47,675 nucleotides of DNA from Thermoguttaceae bacterium. GTDB lineage: Bacteria > Planctomycetota > Planctomycetia > Pirellulales > Thermoguttaceae. The notes under the pieces are model-generated. The model did not search any database and had not been told where the DNA came from. It saw only the letters and a program-made list of their open reading frames with translations. Positions 31,862-39,671 of this stretch are shown one piece after another (position 1 is the first letter of the stretch; each line of letters starts with the position of its first letter). Where the stretch lies: contig JBEKCP010000001.1 in assembly GCA_050014815.1 (NCBI GenBank), forward strand, positions 1-47,675, written 5' to 3'. The translations under genes and the position numbers were made by a program.

Positions 31862-32746
31862 TCAGACGGGCACGGCCTTATCATAGCACTTTTTCAGGTA
31901 ATTGGCTGCCGTGGCCAGACCGGCTGCCATCTTTTCCGGCTCCGGGTGCCCGTGCATAAAGGGATTGACGTACCCGGCGTAGCCGGCCTTCGCCAGCGCG
32001 GCGATCCACGGCGTGAAGTCGGCCGGACCGTGGCCGGGAAGCTGGTTCATGGCCGGGGCGTGTTGCCAGGCGTAGAAGAACAAGAGTTGCTTTCCCGCGA
32101 CGGCAATGGCCTCCTCCACCGGCGCTCCAGCGGCTTGCAGGTGGTGCGGCGCCAGCGCAATCCCGACGCGAGGGTTCGTGTTGGCGTCCACGAAGGCCTT
32201 GAACGAGTCCAGGGAGTTCAGCAGGGCGCCGCCGTGGTTCTCGATCGCCAAATAGGAGTTGTGCTTCTCCGCCAGTTCGGCATCGCCCTTGAGGCCCTGC
32301 AGGAATGCCTTCATCTTCGCCGCGAGTTCCTCGGGCTTGCACCCACCGGCGCTGCCGCGGACAGCCACGCCGCCGCCTGCTTTGCCCAGCAACTCGGCGT
32401 ACCGGCCATACCCGCTCGCGTAGAGGCTAAAGGCGTAGAGTTTGAGCTTGAGCCGGTCGAGCATTGCCTTGAGCCCGTCGCCACCCAACTTATCGGCTTC
32501 GGACAGGTGCTTGTTTCCGCCGAACTGGTCCCAGATATCGACGGCCTCGAATCCCAGGGCCGCGATCCGTTGGCAAGCCTTTTCGAGGGGCAAGGAGCTG
32601 AACTGGATGGTCGAGGTGGAAAGCCGCATCGGCCAGCGTCGAGCGGCGCCGCTGGCCTTGGCTGCGCTGAATAGCGTGGCCCCCAGTAACGAACCCGCCA
32701 GGGTATCCCGCACAAACTCGCGTCGCGTTACATGTCGTCTAGTCAT
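31862..32746 (-). CDS. TAT-signal xylose-isomerase-like TIM-barrel protein (sugar phosphate isomerase/epimerase family)
   Basis: ATG start with AAGGAG upstream. N-terminus MTRRHVTRREFVRDTLAGSLLGATLFSAAKASGA. Family-like stretches: ALGFEAVDIW, YLAIENHGG, VGIALAPHHL and GYAGYVNPFMHG, typical of the AP_endonuc_2 fold. Confidence 0.8.
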   Translation of the reverse strand: MTRRHVTRREFVRDTLAGSLLGATLFSAAKASGAARRWPMRLSTSTIQFSSLPLEKACQRIAALGFEAVDIWDQFGGNKHLSEADKLGGDGLKAMLDRLKLKLYAFSLYASGYGRYAELLGKAGGGVAVRGSAGGCKPEELAAKMKAFLQGLKGDAELAEKHNSYLAIENHGGALLNSLDSFKAFVDANTNPRVGIALAPHHLQAAGAPVEEAIAVAGKQLLFFYAWQHAPAMNQLPGHGPADFTPWIAALAKAGYAGYVNPFMHGHPEPEKMAAGLATAANYLKKCYDKAVPV

Positions 32747-32790
32747 TTGCTCTCCTTATCGGGTGGTTCGGACGACTCCGAAAATAGTCC

Positions 32791-34203
32791 TCAGAGACTC
32801 CAGCCTTTCCGGTACTCCCGCTTCACGTACTGATTCAGTTCGGGGATGTTCGTGCATTTCATGGCGACGCCGTCCCATTGGACCTTCCGGCCGACGCCTG
32901 CCCACATCGCCAGGTTGCCGACCAACAGCGACTCGATGTACGGACCGGAAGCGTCGGGGAAGTTGGACGACGGCGGGACCCCGCCTTCCTTCACCGCCCG
33001 TAGGAAATCGGCGTGGATGCCGCGGGTCCGTGGGTACTTCTTCGGGGGCGCGGGGAACTCCTTGTGCTTCTCCTCGGGAACGATCCGCGTCCCACCCACG
33101 TAGACGTCGCAGAACATATAGCCCTTCTCGCCCACGAAGATCGTGCCGCCGCCGGTGAGGTTCCGGCCGTACTTCGCCGTCAATTCGTCGGCCAAGCGCG
33201 GGTAGTTGGGGCCTTTCGGGTACGGCCTGCCGTCTTTGTCCTTGGCGTTGGGATTGCTGTGCCTGCCGTCGTACCAGTAGGCCCGCAGCGTCGGCAAGCC
33301 GGGCCGCGGGAACTCGTAAAGGAGCGTGTTGAGCGTGGGCCAGACGCCGGGCGTGGCGCCCTCCTGCTCCACGGCCTCGACGCTGCTGGGGTACTTCAGT
33401 TGCAGGCCCCAGTGGACGGCATCGAACGTGTGCGCGCCGACGCAGGCCAGAAGTCCCGTGCCGTAGTCCTGCCACTGGTACCAGCCAGGGGCCGGATGCA
33501 GGCCGTCGCGGTACTCGGTGTACGCTCCGGGGCCGATCCACTCGTCCCAGTGCAGGCCCGCTGGGACCGGACGGTCCGCCATACGGGTCCGGCCGCCGTA
33601 GTACTGGTCCTGCCACGAGTGGGTTTCCAGGACGGTGCCGATGGCCCCGGCCTCCAGGTACTCGCGGAGCGCGCGGATGCCCTCGCCCGCGTGGCCCTGG
33701 TTGCCCATCTGCGTCATGACGTTGTACTTGCGGGCGGCCTCGCCCAGGGCACGTGCCTCGTAGATGTCGTGCGTCAGGGGTTTTTCGCAATAGACGTGCT
33801 TGCCCAGCTTGATGGCCATCATCGAGGCGCACGCATGTTGATTGTCCGGCACGGCGACGAACACCGCGTCGAGTTGCTTGTGTACCTCGTCGAACATCTT
33901 GCGATAATCGTAGTAGGTCTTGATCTTCGACACGTCTACGGCCGGGTTCTTGGCAAGCCCCTTGAGCGCGCCGGCCATGCGGTTGTCGTCCACGTCGACC
34001 AGGGCGACGAGGTGCTCGCTTGCGGCCACCGGGATGTGGGCACTTCCCCGGCCTCCGGAACCGATGACGGCCATACCGAGCTTGGAAGTGGGCGCCCGCT
34101 CGGCCAAGAGCGCCGGAGCGCCAAACGCACTCGCCCCGGCCGCCGCGGCCGCACCCGTCGCGGACTTCTTGAGCATCTGCCGCCGACTAAAACGTCTGTT
34201 CAT
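32791..34203 (-). CDS. TAT-signal Gfo/Idh/MocA family oxidoreductase
   Basis: The track ORF is 32791..34242. I prefer ATG 34203 because it gives MNRRFSRRQMLKKSATGAAAAAGASAFGAPALLA and has GGAGAA upstream. Rossmann motif: LGMAVIGSGGRGSAHI. Family motif: HVYCEKPLTHDIYEA. Confidence 0.85.
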   Translation of the reverse strand: MNRRFSRRQMLKKSATGAAAAAGASAFGAPALLAERAPTSKLGMAVIGSGGRGSAHIPVAASEHLVALVDVDDNRMAGALKGLAKNPAVDVSKIKTYYDYRKMFDEVHKQLDAVFVAVPDNQHACASMMAIKLGKHVYCEKPLTHDIYEARALGEAARKYNVMTQMGNQGHAGEGIRALREYLEAGAIGTVLETHSWQDQYYGGRTRMADRPVPAGLHWDEWIGPGAYTEYRDGLHPAPGWYQWQDYGTGLLACVGAHTFDAVHWGLQLKYPSSVEAVEQEGATPGVWPTLNTLLYEFPRPGLPTLRAYWYDGRHSNPNAKDKDGRPYPKGPNYPRLADELTAKYGRNLTGGGTIFVGEKGYMFCDVYVGGTRIVPEEKHKEFPAPPKKYPRTRGIHADFLRAVKEGGVPPSSNFPDASGPYIESLLVGNLAMWAGVGRKVQWDGVAMKCTNIPELNQYVKREYRKGWSL

Positions 34204-34520
34204 GACAGTTCTCCATAGGTAGCCGTTCAACCCCTGGCACACGCCGAGGAATCAAGTCGGGTACGACTGCAATTCGTAACCGTTCACGGCGTTCTTGACC
34301 TTGTCACCCCTGCCGGAACGCCACGGCGGCAGGGCAACGGAATGTTTTCCACTATGGTCGGCTAAGACACCCGCGGCAACTGACCGCGGCATTGTTCTCC
34401 CGGGCCCGTTTTTCCGGGGCTTGTGATCTTGTTTGGCGGATTGCCCCTGAATATCTTCCCAGGGCTTCGGCTTGTCAAGCGTCTCCCAAGTCGCATGATC
34501 TCTTCTTCGCATGGATTGGT

Positions 34521-35774
34521 TCACGACGCTTTCGATTTCGAGACCACCTTCGCTTCCCGCAGGGCGCGGTTGGCCAGGTGGGCCATGTCGGCGACCTTGG
34601 CCGCCTCCTCGACGGGCGCGGCCGGCGCCTGGCGCGTCTTCATGCAGTCGATCCAGTTCTGCAAGTGCCGGAGTTGGGCGTTGATCTCGCGGTAGTCGCT
34701 CGATCCGCGGGTGCCCGTGCCCACCACCAGCTCGCTCGCCGGGACCTTCGATCGGCGTTCGGGATAGATCTCGTACCGCCCGCGGTCAAGGTACATCGTC
34801 GCCTCGGTGCCCATCAGCTCCATGCTGCCGTCGAAACGGCTATTGACCACGGTGGCCTCGAAAGTGGCCTGCACCTGGCTTTCCGGGAAACGCAGCGCAG
34901 CCTGGACCGTGTCGGGGGTCTCCCACTTGCCCGCGTACATGAAGTGGTCGCCGATCGCCACGACCGTTTGCGGCATCGGCAGATCGAGAAACCAGCAGGC
35001 GACGTCCAGCCAGTGGACCATCAGGTCGGTGAACAGCCCGCCGGCGTAGTCCCAGAACCAGCGCCAGGAGCGGAAGCGGAAGGCGTCGAACGGCCGATCG
35101 GGCGCGCTGCCCAGGAAGGCCTTCCAGTCGACCGTTTGCGGATCGACCACCGGCTGCGGCAAGGCCAGTTTGGCGTAATTGCGGTTCCAAACCATGCGGA
35201 CCTTGTGGACCCGGCCGATATGACCGGCGCGAACCAGCTCGCGGGCCTTGACGATGTGCTCGATGCTGCGCTGCTGCGTGCCGACCTGGACGACGCGTTT
35301 CGACTGGCGCACGGCGTCGATCACCCGCGGTCCTTCCTCGATGTGGTGCGTCAGGGGTTTCTCGACGTACACGTCCTTCCCGGCCTGGCAGGCGGCGATG
35401 GTCATTGCCGCATGCCAGTGGTCGGGCGTGGCGATCATCACCGCGTCGACGTCCTTGCGATCGAGGACTTCCTGCCAGCGCTTGGTGGCGAACGCTTCGG
35501 CGCCGACCGTTTCGCGGGCCAGCTTCAGGTGTTCGTCCCAGATGTCGCAGACGCCCACGATCGAGGCGCCCTTGAGTTCGGCACGCTGCATCATGAGGCG
35601 GCGCCAGCGGCCGCCCGTTCCGATGCACGCCACGCGGACCGTCTCGTTGGCCGCGTACGCGCGGGCCGCGGTCGCCGGCGCCACCGCGGCCACCGCCGCG
35701 CCGGCCCCCAATTGTTTCAGAAAACTACGCCGCTCAATTCGTTCACGCATGATGGTATCCTTCGGGGTGTCCAT
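34521..35774 (-). CDS. TAT-signal Gfo/Idh/MocA family oxidoreductase
   Basis: N-terminus MDTPKDTIMRERIERRSFLKQLGAGAAVAAVAPATAARAYA; the alternative start is ATG 35750 (MRERIERRSFLK). Rossmann motif: VRVACIGTGGRW. Family motif: DVYVEKPLTHHIEEG. Confidence 0.85.
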   Translation of the reverse strand: MDTPKDTIMRERIERRSFLKQLGAGAAVAAVAPATAARAYAANETVRVACIGTGGRWRRLMMQRAELKGASIVGVCDIWDEHLKLARETVGAEAFATKRWQEVLDRKDVDAVMIATPDHWHAAMTIAACQAGKDVYVEKPLTHHIEEGPRVIDAVRQSKRVVQVGTQQRSIEHIVKARELVRAGHIGRVHKVRMVWNRNYAKLALPQPVVDPQTVDWKAFLGSAPDRPFDAFRFRSWRWFWDYAGGLFTDLMVHWLDVACWFLDLPMPQTVVAIGDHFMYAGKWETPDTVQAALRFPESQVQATFEATVVNSRFDGSMELMGTEATMYLDRGRYEIYPERRSKVPASELVVGTGTRGSSDYREINAQLRHLQNWIDCMKTRQAPAAPVEEAAKVADMAHLANRALREAKVVSKSKAS

Positions 35775-35817
35775 GTTTGTTTCATTCCTCGTTCTTCAAT
35801 GCGCGTTGCGCCTCAGA

Positions 35818-35912
35818 GGCTGTCCGAAAAGGGGGACAGGCACCCAATATCTCGTGGTTGCGCAAGTAATCATCCACAACATCTGGGAGCCAGTCCCCCT
35901 TTTCGGACAGCC
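35818..35912. repeat. palindromic intergenic element, copy 2 (27-nt arms, 41-nt loop)
   Basis: Left arm: GGCTGTCCGAAAAGGGGGACAGGCACC (35818..35844). Right arm: GGAGCCAGTCCCCCTTTTCGGACAGCC (35886..35912). The same two A/A mismatch positions occur as in copy 1. The element ends 2 nt before the stop codon of 35915..38578. Confidence 0.85.
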
Positions 35913-35914
35913 AC

Positions 35915-38578
35915 TCAATTGGCTGCCTTTGGCTTCGCCTTGGCGGGGGCCGTCTTCTTGACGTTCGGCCGCGTGGGCATGGTCGGTTGGCCCTCGCTGT
36001 GCGGGTCAATGACGACTTGGTAACGCTCGCCCATTCGGGGCGCGCCTTCATTGGTCATGTCGCGACTCACCAGCACCAGTTTGCCGTCGCTCACGCTCAA
36101 CGGGCCGTTGATGATCGTGTTGGGGAGCTTCCGTGCCCCTCGACCAGCGACGGGTTCGTTCACAGTTCGCAGCCGTCGGTCCCAGCGCGCCTGGCCGGTG
36201 GCCGGGTCCAGTCCGTAGAAATAGATCCCGCCGTCCAACTCCGGATGCCGGCCGGCGCTCACCGCGAACAGTCCGTCGTGAACGACAACGCCGTACACAG
36301 GCCACGACGACTCCAATTGGCCATAGGCGACGATCTTGCGGTGATTGGGCGCCGCCAGAAACCGCCAGAGCACCCGGCCGTCTCTGAGGTCCAGACAGCT
36401 TACCCAGCCGTCGTGGGAACCGAGGCATACCTTGCCCTCGTGAACGACCGGGGCCGCGCTGATCCGCCCATCGGCCACGAACGACCATACCACGCGCTCG
36501 CCCCGCCGGGCTTCCAGCCGGTGTTCGTTGACCACGGCCACCAGTTCCAGATCCCCGGCCTTGATCGGCTCGGTCTCCGGGTACGGCAGGACGTCGTTGC
36601 CGCTCCATGCATTGCGGACCATCTCGCCGTCGAACCGCGGGACCGGCACCTCGAACGCACTCTTCGCGCCCATCATTCCATCGGACACTTTGATTGTGGC
36701 CACCGGCTCCGCGCGGCGAACCTGTTCGATGATCCGCGGCGCGGCAGCGCCGCTGCCCGCCTGCGTGCGCTGGGCAATGGGCAGCGACTCCGAGAGCGGC
36801 TCCGCTGCGTAGCCCGCCCAGCCGCGCAACATCGCAAAGCACCAGCACTGGAACGATGTATTGGTCGGCGGCAGGTAAATCATGCCGTTGGCCGGAGTCA
36901 TTCCCGTGGCGCATGCGCCGCGCGAGATATTCTGGTTCACGCTCGTCAGCAAGTCCCCGGCCACAAACGAACCGAAGCCGATCAGGTGATATTGGGTCGT
37001 CAGGCGGGGACGCGTGCAACGACCGTTATTGACGGGCAACGCCAAGAACTTCAGCGGCTCGCCGGTATCCGCGTCGAACTCGACGACGCCATTCTGGTTT
37101 GTCAGGTACAGCTTGCCGTTGCGCAGGGCGATGTTGAATTGGAAGCCCGGAAAGGTCAACTGTTTGGCGAAGGGAAGCGGATCCTTCAGGTAGTCTCGGC
37201 TCCATTTCAGCTTGCCGCTCTTGGCATCCAGCGCGCCGATGATTCTGTCCGGGAACGCAGGGGCCCCAATGCCCGACGGCGTAAAGAAGGCCAACCGGCC
37301 CTCGTCATAGACCAACTGGCCGATTGCCGGGCCGGCCATTTCAGCGTTGCGCCAGACCTGCTTTCCGGTCTGGAGTTCCAAGGCCACGATCGCCACCAGC
37401 GGACTACCCGGCCAGCGACTGTTCCACGCGCCCCAATCATTGCTCATCGGACTCTCGGCCTTGCGCGTGACTGCAACAAACACCCGGTCCAGATCGGGCG
37501 CCACGGCGGCGAACAGCAACCGGTGACCGTCCGCGTCGCGGTACACCCACTGCCGCTTGCCGGTCTGGGCATCCAAGGCGTACAGCGAGTCGTTGGCCGT
37601 TTGGAACAACCGGCCTTGATGGTAAACAATCCGCACCCAGCGCGGCGCGCCGGCCTGGTAGGCATGTCCCCCGCCGCCGGCTTGCGCGGGTGTCTCCAGC
37701 TTGCCGCCTTCGTCGAATTGCAGCAACTCCTTTCCGGTCGCCAGGTCGTAGGCCCGCATCGGCCCTAGGGGGTCTTCGGGATTGGCCATCGTGAATATCT
37801 TGCCATCGGCCACCACCGTGCTGGGAATACTGGTCTTACAGGGCAGGAAATAGTGCGGCAGGCCGTTGAAGCTATCGCGCACCGCCAGATGCATCGGCTG
37901 TTGGCGGCCCGGATTCGCCCGTTCATGGACCATGGTGCCGCGCCAGATCCAAGACCGCGCGCCCCCGCCGCCCCGGTAGCCGTCGATCCACTTCAACGTC
38001 GTCACCGGCCCAACCTGCGTGTCCCGCGAGACCGGGTTGCCGGTGCAATCGTGATCGAAGTGCGTCCAGTCGTCGAAGTCCTCAGGCCAGGGCTTCGTGG
38101 CGGCCTTCCAGGCGTCGCCGTCCTTCAGGTAGGCCATGCCGCCCGGCACGAGCACCCGCAACACATCCGCCGGTTCGATCCCGCGGCGAGCCAGCAATGC
38201 CTTGTCGGCGATCAGGACATTGACCAGGTCGGCAGCGTAGGGCAGCTTGGGTTGGGGATACTGCATTTCCACGCTCGCGACGCCGTAGACTCCCGCCTCA
38301 GTGAGTTTGCGCCGAACTCTGTTCAGCGACGCCTCATCTTCGGACAGACCATGAACCAGCAACCGGCCTCCCTTGGCCAGATCCAACTCCAGTTGCCCGT
38401 CGGAAACACCCAGGTGGACAACCAGCCCGGCCGTGAGCCGCGCGGCGCGAAGCACTTCCTCCGCATTCTGTCCTTTGGCGGTGTTTTGGATGAGGCAAAA
38501 CGTACTGACGGTCGCCAGCACGATGATCCGCGTGACTATCCATTTCAGAAAACTGCGCCGCTCGATGGGTTGACGCAT
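35915..38578 (-). CDS. large TAT/Sec-signal PQQ-like beta-propeller repeat protein with an N-terminal methyltransferase-like (GLVVHLG) region
   Basis: The track ORF is 35915..38644. I prefer ATG 38578 (MRQPIERRSFLKWIVTRIIVLATVSTFCL). The stretch AGLVVHLGVSDGQLELDLAKGGRLLVHGL is followed by many Y.LDA.TGK..W / G.LY... propeller blades. Confidence 0.8.
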   Translation of the reverse strand: MRQPIERRSFLKWIVTRIIVLATVSTFCLIQNTAKGQNAEEVLRAARLTAGLVVHLGVSDGQLELDLAKGGRLLVHGLSEDEASLNRVRRKLTEAGVYGVASVEMQYPQPKLPYAADLVNVLIADKALLARRGIEPADVLRVLVPGGMAYLKDGDAWKAATKPWPEDFDDWTHFDHDCTGNPVSRDTQVGPVTTLKWIDGYRGGGGARSWIWRGTMVHERANPGRQQPMHLAVRDSFNGLPHYFLPCKTSIPSTVVADGKIFTMANPEDPLGPMRAYDLATGKELLQFDEGGKLETPAQAGGGGHAYQAGAPRWVRIVYHQGRLFQTANDSLYALDAQTGKRQWVYRDADGHRLLFAAVAPDLDRVFVAVTRKAESPMSNDWGAWNSRWPGSPLVAIVALELQTGKQVWRNAEMAGPAIGQLVYDEGRLAFFTPSGIGAPAFPDRIIGALDAKSGKLKWSRDYLKDPLPFAKQLTFPGFQFNIALRNGKLYLTNQNGVVEFDADTGEPLKFLALPVNNGRCTRPRLTTQYHLIGFGSFVAGDLLTSVNQNISRGACATGMTPANGMIYLPPTNTSFQCWCFAMLRGWAGYAAEPLSESLPIAQRTQAGSGAAAPRIIEQVRRAEPVATIKVSDGMMGAKSAFEVPVPRFDGEMVRNAWSGNDVLPYPETEPIKAGDLELVAVVNEHRLEARRGERVVWSFVADGRISAAPVVHEGKVCLGSHDGWVSCLDLRDGRVLWRFLAAPNHRKIVAYGQLESSWPVYGVVVHDGLFAVSAGRHPELDGGIYFYGLDPATGQARWDRRLRTVNEPVAGRGARKLPNTIINGPLSVSDGKLVLVSRDMTNEGAPRMGERYQVVIDPHSEGQPTMPTRPNVKKTAPAKAKPKAAN

Positions 38579-38610
38579 GGGTGGTCCTTTCTCGGTGTGG
38601 CATCGGGAAC

Positions 38611-39612
38611 TTACTTGGTCTTGCTGCGGGTCGGCCAGCCGCACGTCGGCAACATGCGGGCCATGTTCGCCCAGATCACCACGCGCTTGCCGGAGAGCTT
38701 GCCGAAGTGTTCGGGCGGGATCGTATTCGAGCCGAAGGCCAGCGGCATGTTGATGTGCAGGCCGATGTGCGCCGGCATGTGTGCCGAGCGGGGCGGCAAG
38801 TTCATCATCAGGGCGCTGTCGCCGGTGATCAAGATGGGGGAATTACCCGCGTCGGCGTAGCGCCCGCCCGTCCTCGCATCGAGCACCACGAGCAACTGAT
38901 CCGGCTTGTCGCGGCGATACTCCGGCTTGGTCGAGTAGCGTTTCTCTTCGGCCATCGCCTTCTTCACGAAATCGTAACGCAGCAGCCGCCCGGCAATCTG
39001 CTCGCCCGCGATCTGCGCAGCGAGATTGTTCCAGTGGCTGTCCCGGTCGTAGTACAGCGGCTTGTCCTCGTTCCGCTTGCGGAACGCGTGGAACGCGGGG
39101 TACAAATCGACGCATTCCACGTCGTTCTCCAAGAGTTTCTTCATCAAGTGCTTGACGGCCGGCGCAACCATGCGATCGGCCGGGGCGGCGTCGGAAAGGT
39201 AATCGGGATAGATTTGCAGTTTGTCGGGCAGCGGTACGAAGATGAGGTCGATGCCTTCGGCCTTGAGCTTCTTGTGCGTGTCCAGGATGACGTCCACAGC
39301 CCGCTTCGACTGGCCTTCCAGCGTGTCGAGCATCAAGAGATTGACTTCCGCGCCCTGAAAGGCGAAGTTGCTCTTGGCCGGCCAGGGCCACTTCTCGGTG
39401 GCGAGGACTTTCCGAACGGCGTCGCGGTAGGGCTTGATCGAGTTGCCCCAGTTCTCGAAGCTGCCGCCGTGATCCTTGAGTTCCTGGTCGATGGCCGCCA
39501 GGGTCGCCTTCATGGCCTGCTCGCGAGAGACGGGGTCGGCGGGCGGCTCGCCCAGTGCCCGGCCGCCGATCAGGATCAGGGTCGCCAACGATAGTGCTTT
39601 GCTCATGTCCAC
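38611..39612 (-). CDS. secreted AlgJ/AlgX-like (SGNH-like O-acetyltransferase family) protein, paralogue 4
   Basis: The track ORF is 38611..39675. AAGGAG at 39621..39626 sits 8 nt from GTG 39612 (MDMSKALSLATLILIGG); ATG 39606 is the alternative. Motifs: IDLIFVPLPDKLQIYPDY, LYYDRDSHWNN (D-x-H-W) and ILITGDSALM (GDS). Confidence 0.75.
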   Translation of the reverse strand: MDMSKALSLATLILIGGRALGEPPADPVSREQAMKATLAAIDQELKDHGGSFENWGNSIKPYRDAVRKVLATEKWPWPAKSNFAFQGAEVNLLMLDTLEGQSKRAVDVILDTHKKLKAEGIDLIFVPLPDKLQIYPDYLSDAAPADRMVAPAVKHLMKKLLENDVECVDLYPAFHAFRKRNEDKPLYYDRDSHWNNLAAQIAGEQIAGRLLRYDFVKKAMAEEKRYSTKPEYRRDKPDQLLVVLDARTGGRYADAGNSPILITGDSALMMNLPPRSAHMPAHIGLHINMPLAFGSNTIPPEHFGKLSGKRVVIWANMARMLPTCGWPTRSKTK

Positions 39613-39671
39613 GGGTTTTGCTCCTTGATGGAAGAAGATTCGCGGTATCGCGGGGTGCTCCAAAAGAAACT

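Noticed and set aside
34252-34524. A 90-aa minus-strand ORF in the long spacer, considered as a small protein gene.
   Set aside because: It has a GTG start, rare AGA AGA codons and third-position composition unlike the neighbouring genes. The product is basic and low-complexity with no motif. I kept it only as a note in the spacer finding.
27471-35912. Whether the two palindromic elements could be CRISPR repeats or IS/MITE termini.
   Set aside because: There are only two copies, 8 kb apart, each self-complementary, with no spacer array, no cas genes and no flanking direct repeats visible. I classified them as REP-like rather than CRISPR or a demonstrable MITE.
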